From Lama glama (lineage: Eukaryota): a stretch of DNA of 64,000 nt. The position numbers and the translations under genes are program-made. The stretch lies in the NCBI GenBank assembly GCA_028534125.1, contig CM052817.1:83268001-83332000 (forward strand), in the 5' to 3' direction. The number at the start of each line of letters is the position of its first letter. Position 1 is the first letter of the stretch. Below, piece by piece: positions 11,850 through 25,039 of this stretch. The notes under the pieces were generated by a model that was given only the letters and a program-made list of their open reading frames with translations, ran no database searches and had not been told where the DNA came from.

Positions 11850-13950
11850 CAATGTTCTGGCTCTTTTCACTAATAACAGAAACTAGGCACATTTTTATTT
11901 CATAGAGGAGTCTTCATTTGCTAGGATTGAAGATTAAGAATTTTGGCAGTCTTTCTTTCAGGTGACTCATCTAGAGTGCAACTGAGCTGGTTTGCAAGAT
12001 TAACTAAATCTGGACTAGGCACAGTTTCCCATTTCATCATAATCCTTCTTCCTAGAAGGGACAGATCCCAGTTCAGCCCATTAATAACCCCAGAGTTATA
12101 AACTACCCAGGTAAAATCAACACATTAAAGAAGACCAGAATTTTCTTTAAAAATAAACTGAAGTCAATTGTAAGAGTCATAAACAGATTAATCAGAATTT
12201 TTTGTTTCTATCAACAGACTTTGGAAAGGCCTTAGGAGTTGCTAGATGAAGTCACCTAGCAATTACCCAAGCTTGATCATGTAATAAGTTAGCAGGCTGT
12301 TCTCTTGGTTGTAATTCTAAAGATCTTTCAGGATTTTCCCATTCCTCAGTTGTCATCCAATGCTGGGCCTGGCCTTTACCAACAAGCATATGAACCAGTT
12401 GATAAAAGTCAGAGAAACCAAGCTGAGAAGTCTGAATGACTATATTAAATTCTTCACAAATCTGTGAGAATCTCCAGGTACTTTGGGAAAAACTTGACAA
12501 TGGCTTGTAGTTCAGCCTTAGTCCAGGGAGTAAAGGAAATTAAGGATTTAGACTCTGGATCTCAGAAGGCTTAATTTTAAAGGAATAGGTTGTGATAAAT
12601 TCAGAGGAAAAGGGAGTGGGTAGAGTTTCAGAGAAAACATTAGTTAGGCAAGAAGATTAGCAAGGAGGAATTGAGGGTACAGGTATACTCTCATTTTTTT
12701 GCACTTCGCTTTATTGCATTTTATAGATAATGTGTTTTTTTACAAATTGAAGGTCTGTGGCAACCCTGCCTCAAGCAAGTCTATCAGCACTTTTCCAACA
12801 GAATTTGCTCACTTCATGTCTCTGCATCACATTCTGGTAAATCTCACAATAATTTAAATGTTTTCATTATTATTGTATTTGTTATAGTGTCTGTGATCAG
12901 TGAACTTTGATATCATTATTGTAAAGATTATGACTCAATTAAGACTCAGATAATGGTTAGCAGTTTTTAGCAATAAGGTATAATTAAATTAAGGTATGTA
13001 CGATATGTTATAAGGTATTTTTTTTTGGTTTTTATTTATTTTTTTTTTTTACATAATGCCACTGTACATTTAACAGACAACAGTATAGTGTAAGCATTAC
13101 ATTTATATGCACTGGGAAACCAAAAAATTTGTGTGACTTGTTTTACTGCAATATTTGATTATTGTGGCAGTCTGGAACTGAACCTATCACATCTCTGAGG
13201 TATGCCTGTATGTAAAAGGCATAGGTGGCAGAAAGTAAAGGAGAAGGATGAAGCGAAAGGTGGAGTCTGAAACAAAGATGCTAAGAAAAAAGTTTGAGGC
13301 TTCAGGATCAACTTTATCTTTCTTTGTGTGTTTACCTCCATTAGTCTTCAGATCTTTTTTTGCTGAAAAGTAATTTTAGGCTTCTGATAACATTTGGAAG
13401 CCTCAAGATACCAACTGAAATAGGCATACCACTCAGTTCCAAAAACTGATGAGCTATTGTGATTCAATTCAATTTTTAGAAAATTAATTTTGGGTATTTT
13501 GAAAGTTCCCCACATTGGCCTTAGTTAGTCATTTAGTTATAAATGTGCTTGAGGAAGGATTGCAGTTTAAAGGACTGAAGCATAAAATTGGCTGGAGTCC
13601 CTACAGGGATGGCCCTCAAAATATTTAGATAACTGAGATCCTACTTCTCACAGGTTTTTCTCCATGTAAAATGACAATTTTCAAAAAGCTTAAACACTTT
13701 ACAGCTCAAAGAACTCAATTAAAACAGTTTGCAAGTCTAAATACTAGTCAACTCCAAGGAAATAGGTTAGTTCCGGAAAAGTCAGGCCAAAGCCTTTTTC
13801 AGCCAGTTTCCAGAGAATAGCTTACTCGAAAGATATAGGCCAAAGGCTGAAAAACCAGCAGTTTGAGTGAAGCAGCCCCTGCTTCCAAAGGAATGGATCA
13901 AAGGGATGTTTAATTAGCTTCAGTTGAAACAGTCCAATTAAAAATCATAC
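11850..13950 (-). pseudogene. ERV gag remnants, split by the Tigger1 insertion
   Basis: ORF 12252-12500 EEFNIVIQTSQLGFSDFYQLVHMLVGKGQAQHW resembles ERV1 capsid; it lies between the PBS/leader and the protease. Confidence 0.7.
12680..13208 (-). mobile_element. Tigger1 internal-deletion derivative (TcMar-Tigger)
   Basis: TIRs caggtatactc / gaggtatgcctg, TA duplications at 12678-79 and 13209-10, Tigger1 terminal sequences (cactgggaaaccaaaaaatttgtgtgact; tacaaattgaaggt..gtggcaaccctg). Confidence 0.92.
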
Positions 13951-14216
13951 CTAAATGCCAAACAAGTACTTGCATAGAGAATAAGGCCTTAACAAGAAAG
14001 ACAAAACCTTAAAATAGATCACAGGCTCAACCTGGAAATTTTCAAATACAAAGAGAGCATGAGCTCAGATCCAGGAGAAAGACATACCTTCAAACTCCAA
14101 CATCAGAAAGAAAAGCAGTAAGCAGCAATAGCTTCCGTTGTGGGTACTGCACCTGTATGCTTACAGACCCTGAGCCTTTGGGGCATATTCTCTAGTCCCA
14201 GAATACACCACCAAAA

Positions 14217-14552
14217 TGTTGGCCTGAAACAAATAGACTACCATGTATTTCTCCAGCAAACATGGATGGATTCAGGAGCAGCAGAGAATAGCACAATTCA
14301 GGGTCTGCAACCACGGCAAGCCATGTGAAAGTTCCCATCCAGCGAGGGGAGGAGAATGCTTTTATAGAGGGGGAAAAGTTGGGAGGGCTGTAGGAAACAA
14401 AGAGTTCATGGCTTTTCATTGGCTGAATCTTTGTCAGAAAAGGAGTATTTCCTCTTCCTATTGGTTTCCTCTAAAGTTACAGGCTATGAGAGCTCCCCCT
14501 TCTGACTCCTGAATCTACTTAACTGAGGTTGCTGATTAACTTAGATTTTACA
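14217..14552 (-). repeat. ERV 5' LTR (TG...CA on the minus strand)
   Basis: Minus strand starts TGTAAAA and ends CCAACA; CCAAT at 14422-14418 and TATAAAA at 14366-14360; followed by the PBS-like site. Confidence 0.88.
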
Positions 14553-15779
14553 AGTCAAAAGGAAGATTTGGCCTGGAGACACTCATTCTGGCATTGGTGA
14601 CATATGAAAGGTAATGGGAAGCAGAAGTACGGAAAAGATCACTTAGAAAAAAAGTATTAGAAAGAGAATGGAAGAGCACCTAGAAACCCAGCCCTGAGGG
14701 ACAGTAACATTTAAAGTTCAGGCAGAAGAACCTGCCCCATGTCTCCAGCTAATTTTTCCAGTAGTGAATTAGTGTGCCACACTGACTATCTCAAAACTTA
14801 AATTTGAAGAATACTTCTATGTTATTAATAAACATTTATTGAAAAATCTTCCTTTTATCAGATAATCTCCTAGGTGCTGAAGATACAGACCTAAGGCTGC
14901 CCTTGAAGAGCTTAGTGATCCAACCCGACATGTGATGTTTGTTCTAAATTGCTCCACATTCTATGACACCTAAGAGGAAGGGGCCAAGATTAAACACCTT
15001 CTGCCTTCATCATAACGAGTGCTCTGGGCTCAGCTACAGAAAAATAGTTGTAGTTCTGCACATCTGAGTCATAGTTTATACATTTGCAATCTGCTATACC
15101 ATGTAATGACTAATTAAACCTCTCCTACAGATGCAAAGGAGACATAGTAGAGTGATACAGAATGAGGATTTAACAAAAAATGAGAGAGCATATCTGTAAA
15201 TATGACTTCCTGAGTGACTTGATTAATTAATGAATTGCCTTTTGCAAAATTCCTCACAAATCTCTCCCCCTCTAAGAGAAGTTAGCAGGAATCAGAAAAG
15301 CTCTGCTCAGAGCTTGTCTCTGGGAGTCACAGAACAACCACCCATTTGAGAAGAAACTGAGGCTGTGGGGTCCACACATCTAATTCTTAAAAAAATTAGT
15401 GTTTAGGTTTAGGAAGAGAACCTGCCCTCAAGCTCTCAACTGAGTTGCCCTTCTAGACTATGATTTCCAAAGAAAATTAATAACAGAATGCATATATGCA
15501 AGCCCTTTTCCATGCAAATCTCATGTGATCCTGAACACACCACTATTTGTGAATTAACCAGAGTTCTGCATCCCAGGCTAGGTCCTAACGTGGATTTTGG
15601 AGATTAGGCACTCCCATAATCTCCAAGACTTTGTTCCAAACAAACATATAACCTAAGTAAAAACAAGTGTGTTTGCTCTGTCAGTACGGTCTCAAGATAA
15701 GCTCTGCAGTTCCTTCTTCCAAACAAATTTTGATCCCTGGTCTCTTCTTATTTATAAATTCTGGGGCTGCTATTGGACA

Positions 15780-15900
15780 CTGAGATAACAAGATGGAAAC
15801 TCAGAGAGATCATGTAATTTGCTCATATCAGAAAGACAGTAAATGATATAGCTAGCTAGTCCTCAAACCCAGATCTGCTGATTTCAACATTATTTCTCTT
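15780..15900 (-). mobile_element. MIR fragment
   Basis: agatggaaactcagagagatcatgtaatttgctc...tcaaacccagatctgctgatt. Confidence 0.6.
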
Positions 15901-18355
15901 TGTAACTATTTCCTGTTGCCATCCAAACCACTATGTCACACAATGAACTCTGAACAGCAGATATGAAAATTTGGGAGAATAAAGATGGAAAGAATGTTTT
16001 TATCTGAAACTCTTCTAACTCTGGTGAGGACAGGGAAAATGTTTTGTTTACCACATATACTTAGCCCCTAACGCACTACTAAGTTGGTCAATACTTAGCA
16101 TGTAGTTGTGGAACAAAAATAAGTTAAATAATTAATTGATGAGGTGATAATTAATCATTATTATGATAAAATCTACTCTGCTAGTGAGTATATTTTAAAG
16201 GTGGTTCCAAAGAATGCCTGACATTTTAGGTTAAGTTTGATAACTGTATTTTAATTATTGTTTAAGTTATACAGATTTTGTCAGAGCATGTTCTACTTAA
16301 GAAAACCCTTAACTTCATTGTTCCATCACTTTGCAGTGATAATATATGTCATTCTGCCAGATCAGTGATAGCATTTGCTCCAGCTAATTTGTAAAGTTAA
16401 TAGTTTCTTGACAAAAAATAAAATGAGGACAAAAACAATCCCCAAAAAGAGTATAGTATGATCCTCTTCTGTGAGAAAATACAGCACAAAACCAGAAATA
16501 AATATCAAAGTTGTGTAGTTTTGAAACTACATAGTTGCTAAAAGTTATGTAAGTCTAGGCATACGAAATTGTTATATGTTTTATTTTTTAAAAGACAAAT
16601 ATTTATTCTCTTATAATATTACTACCCTTGTAAGTTACCCCTCAAATCCTCCCTTGATGAGGGCCAAGCTCCCAGAAAGCTCTAAATCCTAAAACTGAGT
16701 TCTTTGTTTTGGTATGGTATACAAAAGAGAAAAAGAAATACATATATGTTTGACTGCTTTAAGAATGAGAAATGTGTAATCTTTCCACACTCACATAACT
16801 CAAATTGGTTTTTCAAACTTTCCTCAAAAAAAAGCACTAAAGTAAGACTATGCATCAATATGAGTCCAATAATCTTTCAATTATAACTAAGTAAATATTC
16901 AGATCACAGCTTCTATAACCCTATCTTTTTAATGTAGTTTTCTTTCAAGGAATGCAGAGATTTCACATCACTCGCTCACACAACTTATCTGCACTAAATC
17001 ATATCAAAGCTCATATGAAACTTAAAAATAACAAAAGCAAACATTTATTTTAAAATAAATGCCCAAAACTCAGTTTCCATTTGTCAAACTCAAAGAAATA
17101 GCTGATTGATGTCAAAGAAATAAAAACCGCCCTTAAAGCATATCTGATCATTATTATATTATTTTTAAAATCTGGATTCATGTCTCATTTTTCCTACTAT
17201 TATCCAAACCATTAATGAACCCTGTTTAGCTTTTCATTTCTTATTCATTTGTGGGCCATAAGCTTTCTTTACCCTGATCTTTTTTTTTTCCCCCTTTTGA
17301 ATGCCACACACCTCTTAATATGTCATTTAAACTATCCATTACATTATCTACTAGCCAATAACACCAATCATAAGAAAATTCTTCTAAGATAGTAATATTT
17401 AATGTTAAATTTAGATAGTTTTGCATGGTTTTGATTCCTCATATAAGGCAAATCCTTTCCTGCACACTGATTTCTTTTAGGGGAAAAAAAAATACTAGCT
17501 CACACAAATTAAAGATTTCTGTGTTTTCAGACGAAATGTTGCCTGCATATGCTTAAGCTCTTCTCAGCATACTAAGACTTTAAATAATCATTTGCTATGC
17601 TACACCATGCACAATGTATCATCATGTATTACAGAGTATTACAGAGCAGCCATTTTGGAGCAAGAGCTCCAAAGTGGTTGTTCCCACAAAACGAGAACAG
17701 AGCTCTATTACAGACATAACAATATATTAAATTCCAAGAGATTTGCCAGATGGAGGGGAATCTGCCCCTTGGGCAGGACTGCCCACTCAGCACCTCCACG
17801 GGACAGCCCATTGAATTCAACAATCAAAGACATGGAGATAATAAACTCAAAAACCTCTTTCAAGTTTCCAAACTCAAAGCATACATGTTAGATAGGAGTG
17901 TCCTTGATACTGTGAGTTAGGGAACCATAAAGTAAAATAACGACTTACTCTTTTCTATGCAGACTGCTCATGTCCACATGGTACCACAAAATAGTATAGT
18001 TTAAGCCCTGTAATTGACATTTCCAAGTATTAAGAATGTAAAAAGGGTAAAGATTATTCTCTAACTCAAGGAAACATTTAAAACCCTTGTTTTGTGTACT
18101 CATAACTCAAAAACCACTAGAGCTATAAAGCACATTCTTGGCAGTATCAATCTCTATCAACCCCAACTTGAGTAATGTTTTTTTCAAGTAGATGTGGTTT
18201 GAAATTATGCATCCATGTAAGAATAGTAGGGAATTATTCTATTTATTTGTTTTAATTTATTTATTTTAAATTGTCTTGCAGATGTAGCCATGAATGTTAC
18301 TAAACATTTTGTCCTCTCTGCTCTCCTGCCCCTATGACTTTCTCTCAAAAATTTA

Positions 18356-18748
18356 TTCTTTTTTTATTATTATTGAAGTATAGTCAGTTTACAATTTTGT
18401 GTCAATTTCTAGTGTACAACACTTCAGTCATATAGGGATATACATAGATTCATTTTCATATTATTTTTCACCATAAGTTACCACAAGATATTAAATATAG
18501 TTCCCTGTGCTATAGAGTATAAACTTGTTTATCATACATATATACATATATATATATATATTAGTTAGTATCTGCAAATCTTGAACTCTCAATTTATCCC
18601 TTTCCATTCCATTCCTCCCCTGGTAACCATACGTTTGTTTTCTGTGTCTGTGAGTCTGTTTCTGTTTTGTAAATAAGTTTGTCTTTTTTTTTTTTTGATT
18701 CCACATATAAGTGGTATCATATGGTATTTTTCTTTCTCTTTCTAACTT
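18356..18748 (-). mobile_element. L1 3'UTR, cetartiodactyl/camelid type, short and 5'-truncated
   Basis: T-rich start ...attgaagtatagtcagtttaca, atagttccctgtgctata, ccctggtaaccat, gattccacatataagtg; related to the 3'UTR at 44740-45050. Confidence 0.9.
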
Positions 18749-20344
18749 TCTAACATTAGGATTTTTGATATTTCATCAGAAGTTATAAGAAATCAACATT
18801 AGTATAAAGAATATACTCAGTAAATCTACTACTTTCATTAAGATGCTTCTTTTGGCCATGATTTTCTCTGCAATCCACCTTAATACTCTTCTGCTCAATG
18901 TCTGTCAAATAAAAACCAACCTTAAGAGTCTGCAAACTCTGGCTGGTGCATATGGTTTTGTCCATGCCTCTACGACTCGCAAGAGGGATGACATGCCTAG
19001 TGGTCTTCTGGCCCAGCCACTAAATAATAATCTCACATTTATAAAAATCTCCAAGAAAAGTATAATATTTAGCACAGTAATGAATAATGTGAGATGTCAG
19101 AAGTTTGTGGGTATAATTAATCACAACTCCTGCCCTAGGGAATCCACCCAATTTGTGAGACAGACATGGAGTATGAAAAGGATAAAAGATCACTCACCTA
19201 AATATGCTTAATTCTCCAATCATGATCTCCAAATCATGGCTTGGAACCATTTGTTTGCCTCCTGGAAAGACACATAATGCCTGCATCTTATAAATACCAT
19301 AACAGCAGCCACTGGAGGAACCATGGACACTGGGCTCTCTCCAGAGAAATGAATGAACAGACTGAAAGCTGCAAGGTTTACACCAATACTACTCTCTCCC
19401 TTGGAAGAGAATGCAAGTCCTTATAGGGAAACATGAGTAGACAAATATGTTTTCTCCCTCATACAGAAGAGCAGACTAAACTAACAAAGTATTTTAATTT
19501 TCTCCAGTAACCTGGTTGAAGAGTTTGAAACCAACATCAATTTCAGACAGTATTCTCCAGCATATTTTGTTGTCTAAAGATCCATTCCATCCTGTGTATG
19601 GATTTTTATGAAGTAATGCTGCAGCTTTTACCCAATGTGAACTATAACTAAACACTGATATCCATTATATACCTTAGTTTCTAATACAGTGAACAAAACA
19701 CACTTTTCTATCATAAGTAGGCAGTTATTTTTCAAAATGGAAAACTAACTTGGTTGTGACATATGTGGGAGGTAATAAAGGACAACAAAATGAGAAGACT
19801 GGTTAGGAACCTGGCTGAAGGACTGGGTAATGGAAATTACTTCTGGACCTTATTTCCTGATAACTAACTCTTAGAGATTGGCTCCCATGCAACATGGAGC
19901 TCAAATATTTGAGCATCATATTTTGCTTTCAAACTATTCTTATCTCTGTTACATCCAAATCACATATAACCGCAAATGTTAAAATCCCCAAGAGGGATTA
20001 AAAGCAGAAAGGTGAAATCATACTACTGTGCAAAGTGTCCCACATTGTAAAATTGAGAAAAAAGAACTGCCTGAATTTTAATTTCCTTAACTATAAAGCA
20101 ATATCTCCAAAGTCATTCTCAATCTAAAATTCTGTAATTCTAAAACTGTTTCACATAGCTAAATTTTACAAGATAGTGTTTAGTTTATCTTGAATACATA
20201 TAATAGCAGGAATGTTAATCAGTTTTTGATAAGGAGCCAATGTGGACCATTCTGTTTCATTTCATTACATAGTACATGGTTTTGTCCAATTGTTTAGTTA
20301 ATGAAGCTAAACACACACAGAGTCCTTGGAATTCTGATTCTTTT

Positions 20345-21275
20345 GGTGATCCCGTCTAGTTCCATGCCTTTAAATGCTGTCTATTTGTGTACAATCTCCT
20401 GTCCAGACTTCCCTGAACTCCAGGCTCATTCCATTTCCTACTTAGTATCTCCTAGATCTAAATAGAGATAAAGACATAATACATATCCAGGAATAATCTA
20501 AAATTTAGATATTTATATCCAAAATATAATGTGCATGCCCAAAACCAAACTTTTACTTTCCCTTCCCAATACCACAAATATGCTTGTATGGATGTTTTCC
20601 TCATCCCAATAAATGACAAGTCTAAATTCTGAATTAATTAGCACCTCCCCACAAATGGTGGAATTATTCCTGACATTCCTCTTTCTCCTACACACCACAT
20701 CCAAACAAATCCGTTCAGCTCTGCCTTTGAAATATATGCAACACTTGACCATTTCTTACTATCTCCACAGTTACTACCGTAGACCAAGGCAGAATCTCTT
20801 CTCCTAGACTGTTAAAACAGACTCCTATTAATTTAGCTACTTCTACCCTTGACTCCCCTGAAGACTTTTCTTCATATAGTGGCCAGAGGAATCCTTTTAT
20901 CATGCAGGATGGGCCACAGGACTCCTCTGCTCAGAACCCTCCAATGACTTCCACTCAGTTCATAAGCAACTCTTGTCTGGAGGTCTCTAATTCATTTAGT
21001 TTGGCCTCCTGCTCCTCTTTGACCTCAACATCTTCTATTCTGCTCTTACTCAATGTATTCCAGCCAAATATCCTGATTAATTTTCCTTTATAACAGCTAT
21101 CATCACGTGGGACATATCATACACTTACTTTTGGTTTCTGTTCTCCTTTTCACCTGAAATGTAAACTCTAAACAGTCAAGAGTTGTTTGTTTTGTGTAAG
21201 ACTATATCCTCACAGACAATAATGTTGTCCAGAAATAGCACATGACCAAAAGAATTGTAAAATAAATGAATAAAT
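20345..21275 (+). mobile_element. L2 LINE 3' region
   Basis: ccagacttccctgaactccag, catgcccaaaaccaaact, ccacatccaa...cagctctgccttt, gccagaggaatcctttt, ends aataaatgaataaa. Confidence 0.8.
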
Positions 21276-23289
21276 AAAATAGCTTCTACTTCACAAAATT
21301 TTGTGTTTCGCACATAAATCTTTTGAGAAACATAAAAAGAAGAAAAAATAGACTGGGAAAATTGTGCAGGAGCCAAGGTATAAAGGATTAATATGTTTAT
21401 CATATAAAGAATTCCTACAAATCAATAAGAAAACACAAAGACCGGAACAGTATCTAAGATACTGTATTCACTGACACTTATTTTACACTTCTATTGACTT
21501 TTCAAGTGCTGAATTCTCTGCCATGAATATCCTTTTTCCCTTCTTTGTCTTGTAAACTCTCAACCACACTTATAAGCATAGATTAAATAGTACTTTTTCA
21601 TAATATCCAGAACAAAATAAATACAAGTGACAAGAACATATAAATATGCTTCAAATTCCTAGTAATAAAAATGTAAAATAAAATAACAAATAATTTTCAT
21701 TCATTAAGTTAAAATACTCAGTTAAAACCTGATCCTGATGAGTTATATACTAAAGCTGATAGTCTCATATATTGTTTGCTAGTGAAATTAAAAATTGTAA
21801 CATACTTTTCATAAGCAATTTAATAATATGTTTGAATACACTCATCAGATTGTTAAAAAGAGCAGAATATTAGAAAAAGTTAAAAAGGAAAATGGTATGC
21901 ATTTATTAAGTATATTATGGTATGTCTATTTAAGCTATGTTTATACACATAATGTTGTAAAGTGAAAAAAAAATGTTAATGATACATTAATCAGGAAAAA
22001 AAAAATCCTCCTAGACACATTTATTTGGAGTTTGTGAATTATGCTGTCACTAGCTCTGAATCCATGACATTGTGAGCTCCACCCATTCTCATTCCTACAC
22101 AATGTCCTATTGGTATCGCCACAGGCCCCAACAGCATTACAGCCTATCAGAGCTAGTGCAGCACAGCTATCTCCTTCTCTAAAACTGGACAACATCAGCA
22201 GATGTACCACGGTATTCATTAGTTTATGACAGTGGATGTCCATCCTGATGAAAGATGTACATCCATATTTAACACCCTGGAATCTCAAGCCAGAAAAACC
22301 ACTGTTATTCGGGGTAGCAGAGTATTTAAAGGAAAACATGTACCAAAAGATTACTGTAGATGATACTGAAGGTCTGATTAGAAGGCATAAAATTCTAGAC
22401 CCAGGGCACCAGTCAGAATTCCTATTAGTTTTAAGACCTGTCACTGGAGAATGATGAAAAAGGATTAATGGAAACTAACTAGCAGCTACTGACACTGAAG
22501 CTCCTATATTCAAAAGATGATCAGGAAATTCTGATTAGATACCAAACATATTCTAGGTTCACACCCTTTACACAATATTTCTGAATCACGTGGTAGAAGA
22601 TGTAGAAAATCAAGCTGTTCTACAGCTCTAGTATTTATTTTTATTTTTAGCTTTTCATATTTGTTTATTTTTTTAAAAATCCAGAATAGAACAAAAAGAA
22701 CAATCATTAAAGATACAGGTACCAGACATCAGCCAAAGGGTAGCTTGTAAAGTCTGTCCTAGGAAAGTTTGGGAGCCTTTTGTTTTAAAAGCTGGAACTA
22801 ATATAAATAGCTAGCTTAGTTTTCCATTGATCTAGCTTCCCCTGACCTACCTCCCAACATGGCACAGCTGACTTGCTTTGCAAGGCCAATTCTGGTCTTT
22901 ATTAAACCCTTCTGTCCTTTGCTTTAGAAAACTTACTTTGAATTACAGTTCCTTGGAGCCTACGGGCCATAGGACACCATATTAATTACAGTGTACTGTT
23001 ATTAAATGCATTATTTCAGAACCACATCTGTAGGCAGATTTGTTTATACTGTGAAAGCATGCCCTCAACCTGTTCTGCCTAATTACCTTATAGCCTGTGG
23101 AGTTGCCCTCCCTCAATATGCTAAGCTGAAAAAATTCAATCATACCTTTTCTGAATAAGGGAAGTATTAGTAGTTCTCCGCTGAGGAACAAAATCATGGA
23201 GTCATATATTTTTCCAGATGTATCAAGATAAGTTGGAAGAGTGAATGTGAAGTGATCATGAAGAAATTTTTGAAAAAGAGAAGCATTTT

Positions 23290-25007
23290 AAAATTTGCTC
23301 TACCATAAAACAGAAATATAATATACATGGAAACATAATATTGCTACTGAAATAGAAAACTAGAGCAACAGAACAAAATTACAGCCTAGAAACAAAAATA
23401 CACATACTTAATGTGTGTTTATATGTGCTAGATAGAGACATAAATGTTTGGTTAAGGTGATATTTGAAATCAGAGGTAAAAGAAGTTAGTAACAAGTGGC
23501 AATTGCATGTGCATTTAGAAGAAATAAAGTTTACAGTCTCACATCACATTAGAGACAATTAAGATTTCCAGAAAGATTAAAGAGAAACATTTTTTAAACT
23601 ATAAAAGTGAAGACAAAGGTCTCTAATTTTTTCCTTATACTTTGACAGTTTAAAAATACACACTTATCTCATATCAATGAAACAGAATAGGGAGTCCCAA
23701 AACAGACCTACATTTCTATGGTCAATTTATTTTTGACAAGCACCAAGGCAATTCAAAGGAGAAATGAGCCTTTTCAATGGTACTGGCACAAGTATCTATA
23801 TTCAGAAAAATGTACTTCAATCAATAGCACACACCATTTACAAAAATTAACTTGAAATAGGATACAGCCTAAGTGTAACCAAAAGCATAAAATTACCAGA
23901 AGACAACATAGAGAAAATCTTGGTGACTTTGGGATCGATTTCTTACATAGAATACACAAAGCACAAATTATGTAAGAATGAAAAGCTGGACTATACCAAA
24001 ATTAAATGTGTTGCTCTTTCATAGACACTATTAAGACACTGTTAAGGAAATGAAGAAGCAAGCCACAGGCTGGGAGAAAATATCAGCAAAGCATATATTT
24101 GACAAAAGATTACAAAATATAAACTATAAAAACATCTTATAACTCAATAATATGAATATAAACAACACAATATCAAATGGGCTATAGATTTAAACAGGCA
24201 ATGTACCAAAAGAAATATACACATGGCAAATAAAGCACGAAAAGACCCTCAACATCATTAGTCATTAGGGAAATGCAAATAAAACCACAACAAGATAAAC
24301 CACAGCACATCCACTAGAATGGATAAAATTCAAACTAACAAAACCAAATTTTGGCAAGGATTGGAACCACCTGGAACTCAAACTGCTGGTAGAGATGCAA
24401 AATATAAAACTATTTTGGAAAATGGTTTGGCAGTATCTTATGAAGCTAAACACACACTTACCATTTGACCCAACAATTCTACTCTAGAGTATTTACCCAA
24501 GAGAAAGGAAAATACATGTCCACACAAAGACTTGAATTTGAATAACCTTGGTGACTTATTCATAACAATCACCAAGTGGAACAATTCAAAGTCAATCTTC
24601 TTTGAATAAATAAATTGTAGTATGCTCATATGATGAAACATTAATCAGCAATAAAAGAACCATCTACCCGATACACTTAATAACATGGGAATCTCAAAAC
24701 ACTATGCTAAGTGAAATAACGTCAGACACAAAAAAGATCACATATGATACGTTCATTTATACAAAATTTCACAAAATTTAAAACTACAGTGTTAAAAATA
24801 GGCCAGCAGTTGCCAGGAGCCAAGCATAGTAGGAGGCAATTAACCACAAAGGGAGATAAAAGATTTTGGGGGGTTATGTAAATGTCTTATATCATGATTA
24901 TAATGGTGATTACATACAGTATATGTATGCTAAAACTCATCAAAACTTTAATAAATTTGATTACTTTATAATTTAAATGATACCTTAATAAAGTTGATTT
25001 TTAAAAT
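23290..25007 (+). mobile_element. Old L1 (L1MB/L1MC-like) ORF2 3' part + 3'UTR
   Basis: tatggtcaatttatttttgacaag, gctgggagaaaatat, tcattagggaaatgcaaataaaacc, ends aataaagttgattttt. Confidence 0.85.
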
Positions 25008-25039
25008 ATATCAGGATGGAAGATTTGAAACAGTCATTA

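Larger units (their letters stand above)
9048..14552 (-). mobile_element. Decayed ERV1-class (MER4-group-like) provirus with two LTRs; gag, pro, RNaseH and int remnants; no RT or env detected
   Basis: Paired related LTRs, PBS-like TGGTGGTGTATTCTGGGA (14213-14196), PPT-like aaaaggagaag (about 9406-9393), and protein remnants listed as separate features. Confidence 0.9.

Noticed and set aside
18843..19211. 122-aa + strand ORF with a hydrophobic N-terminus
   Set aside because: No recognisable domain or splice context, and it runs into an L2-like remnant; likely chance
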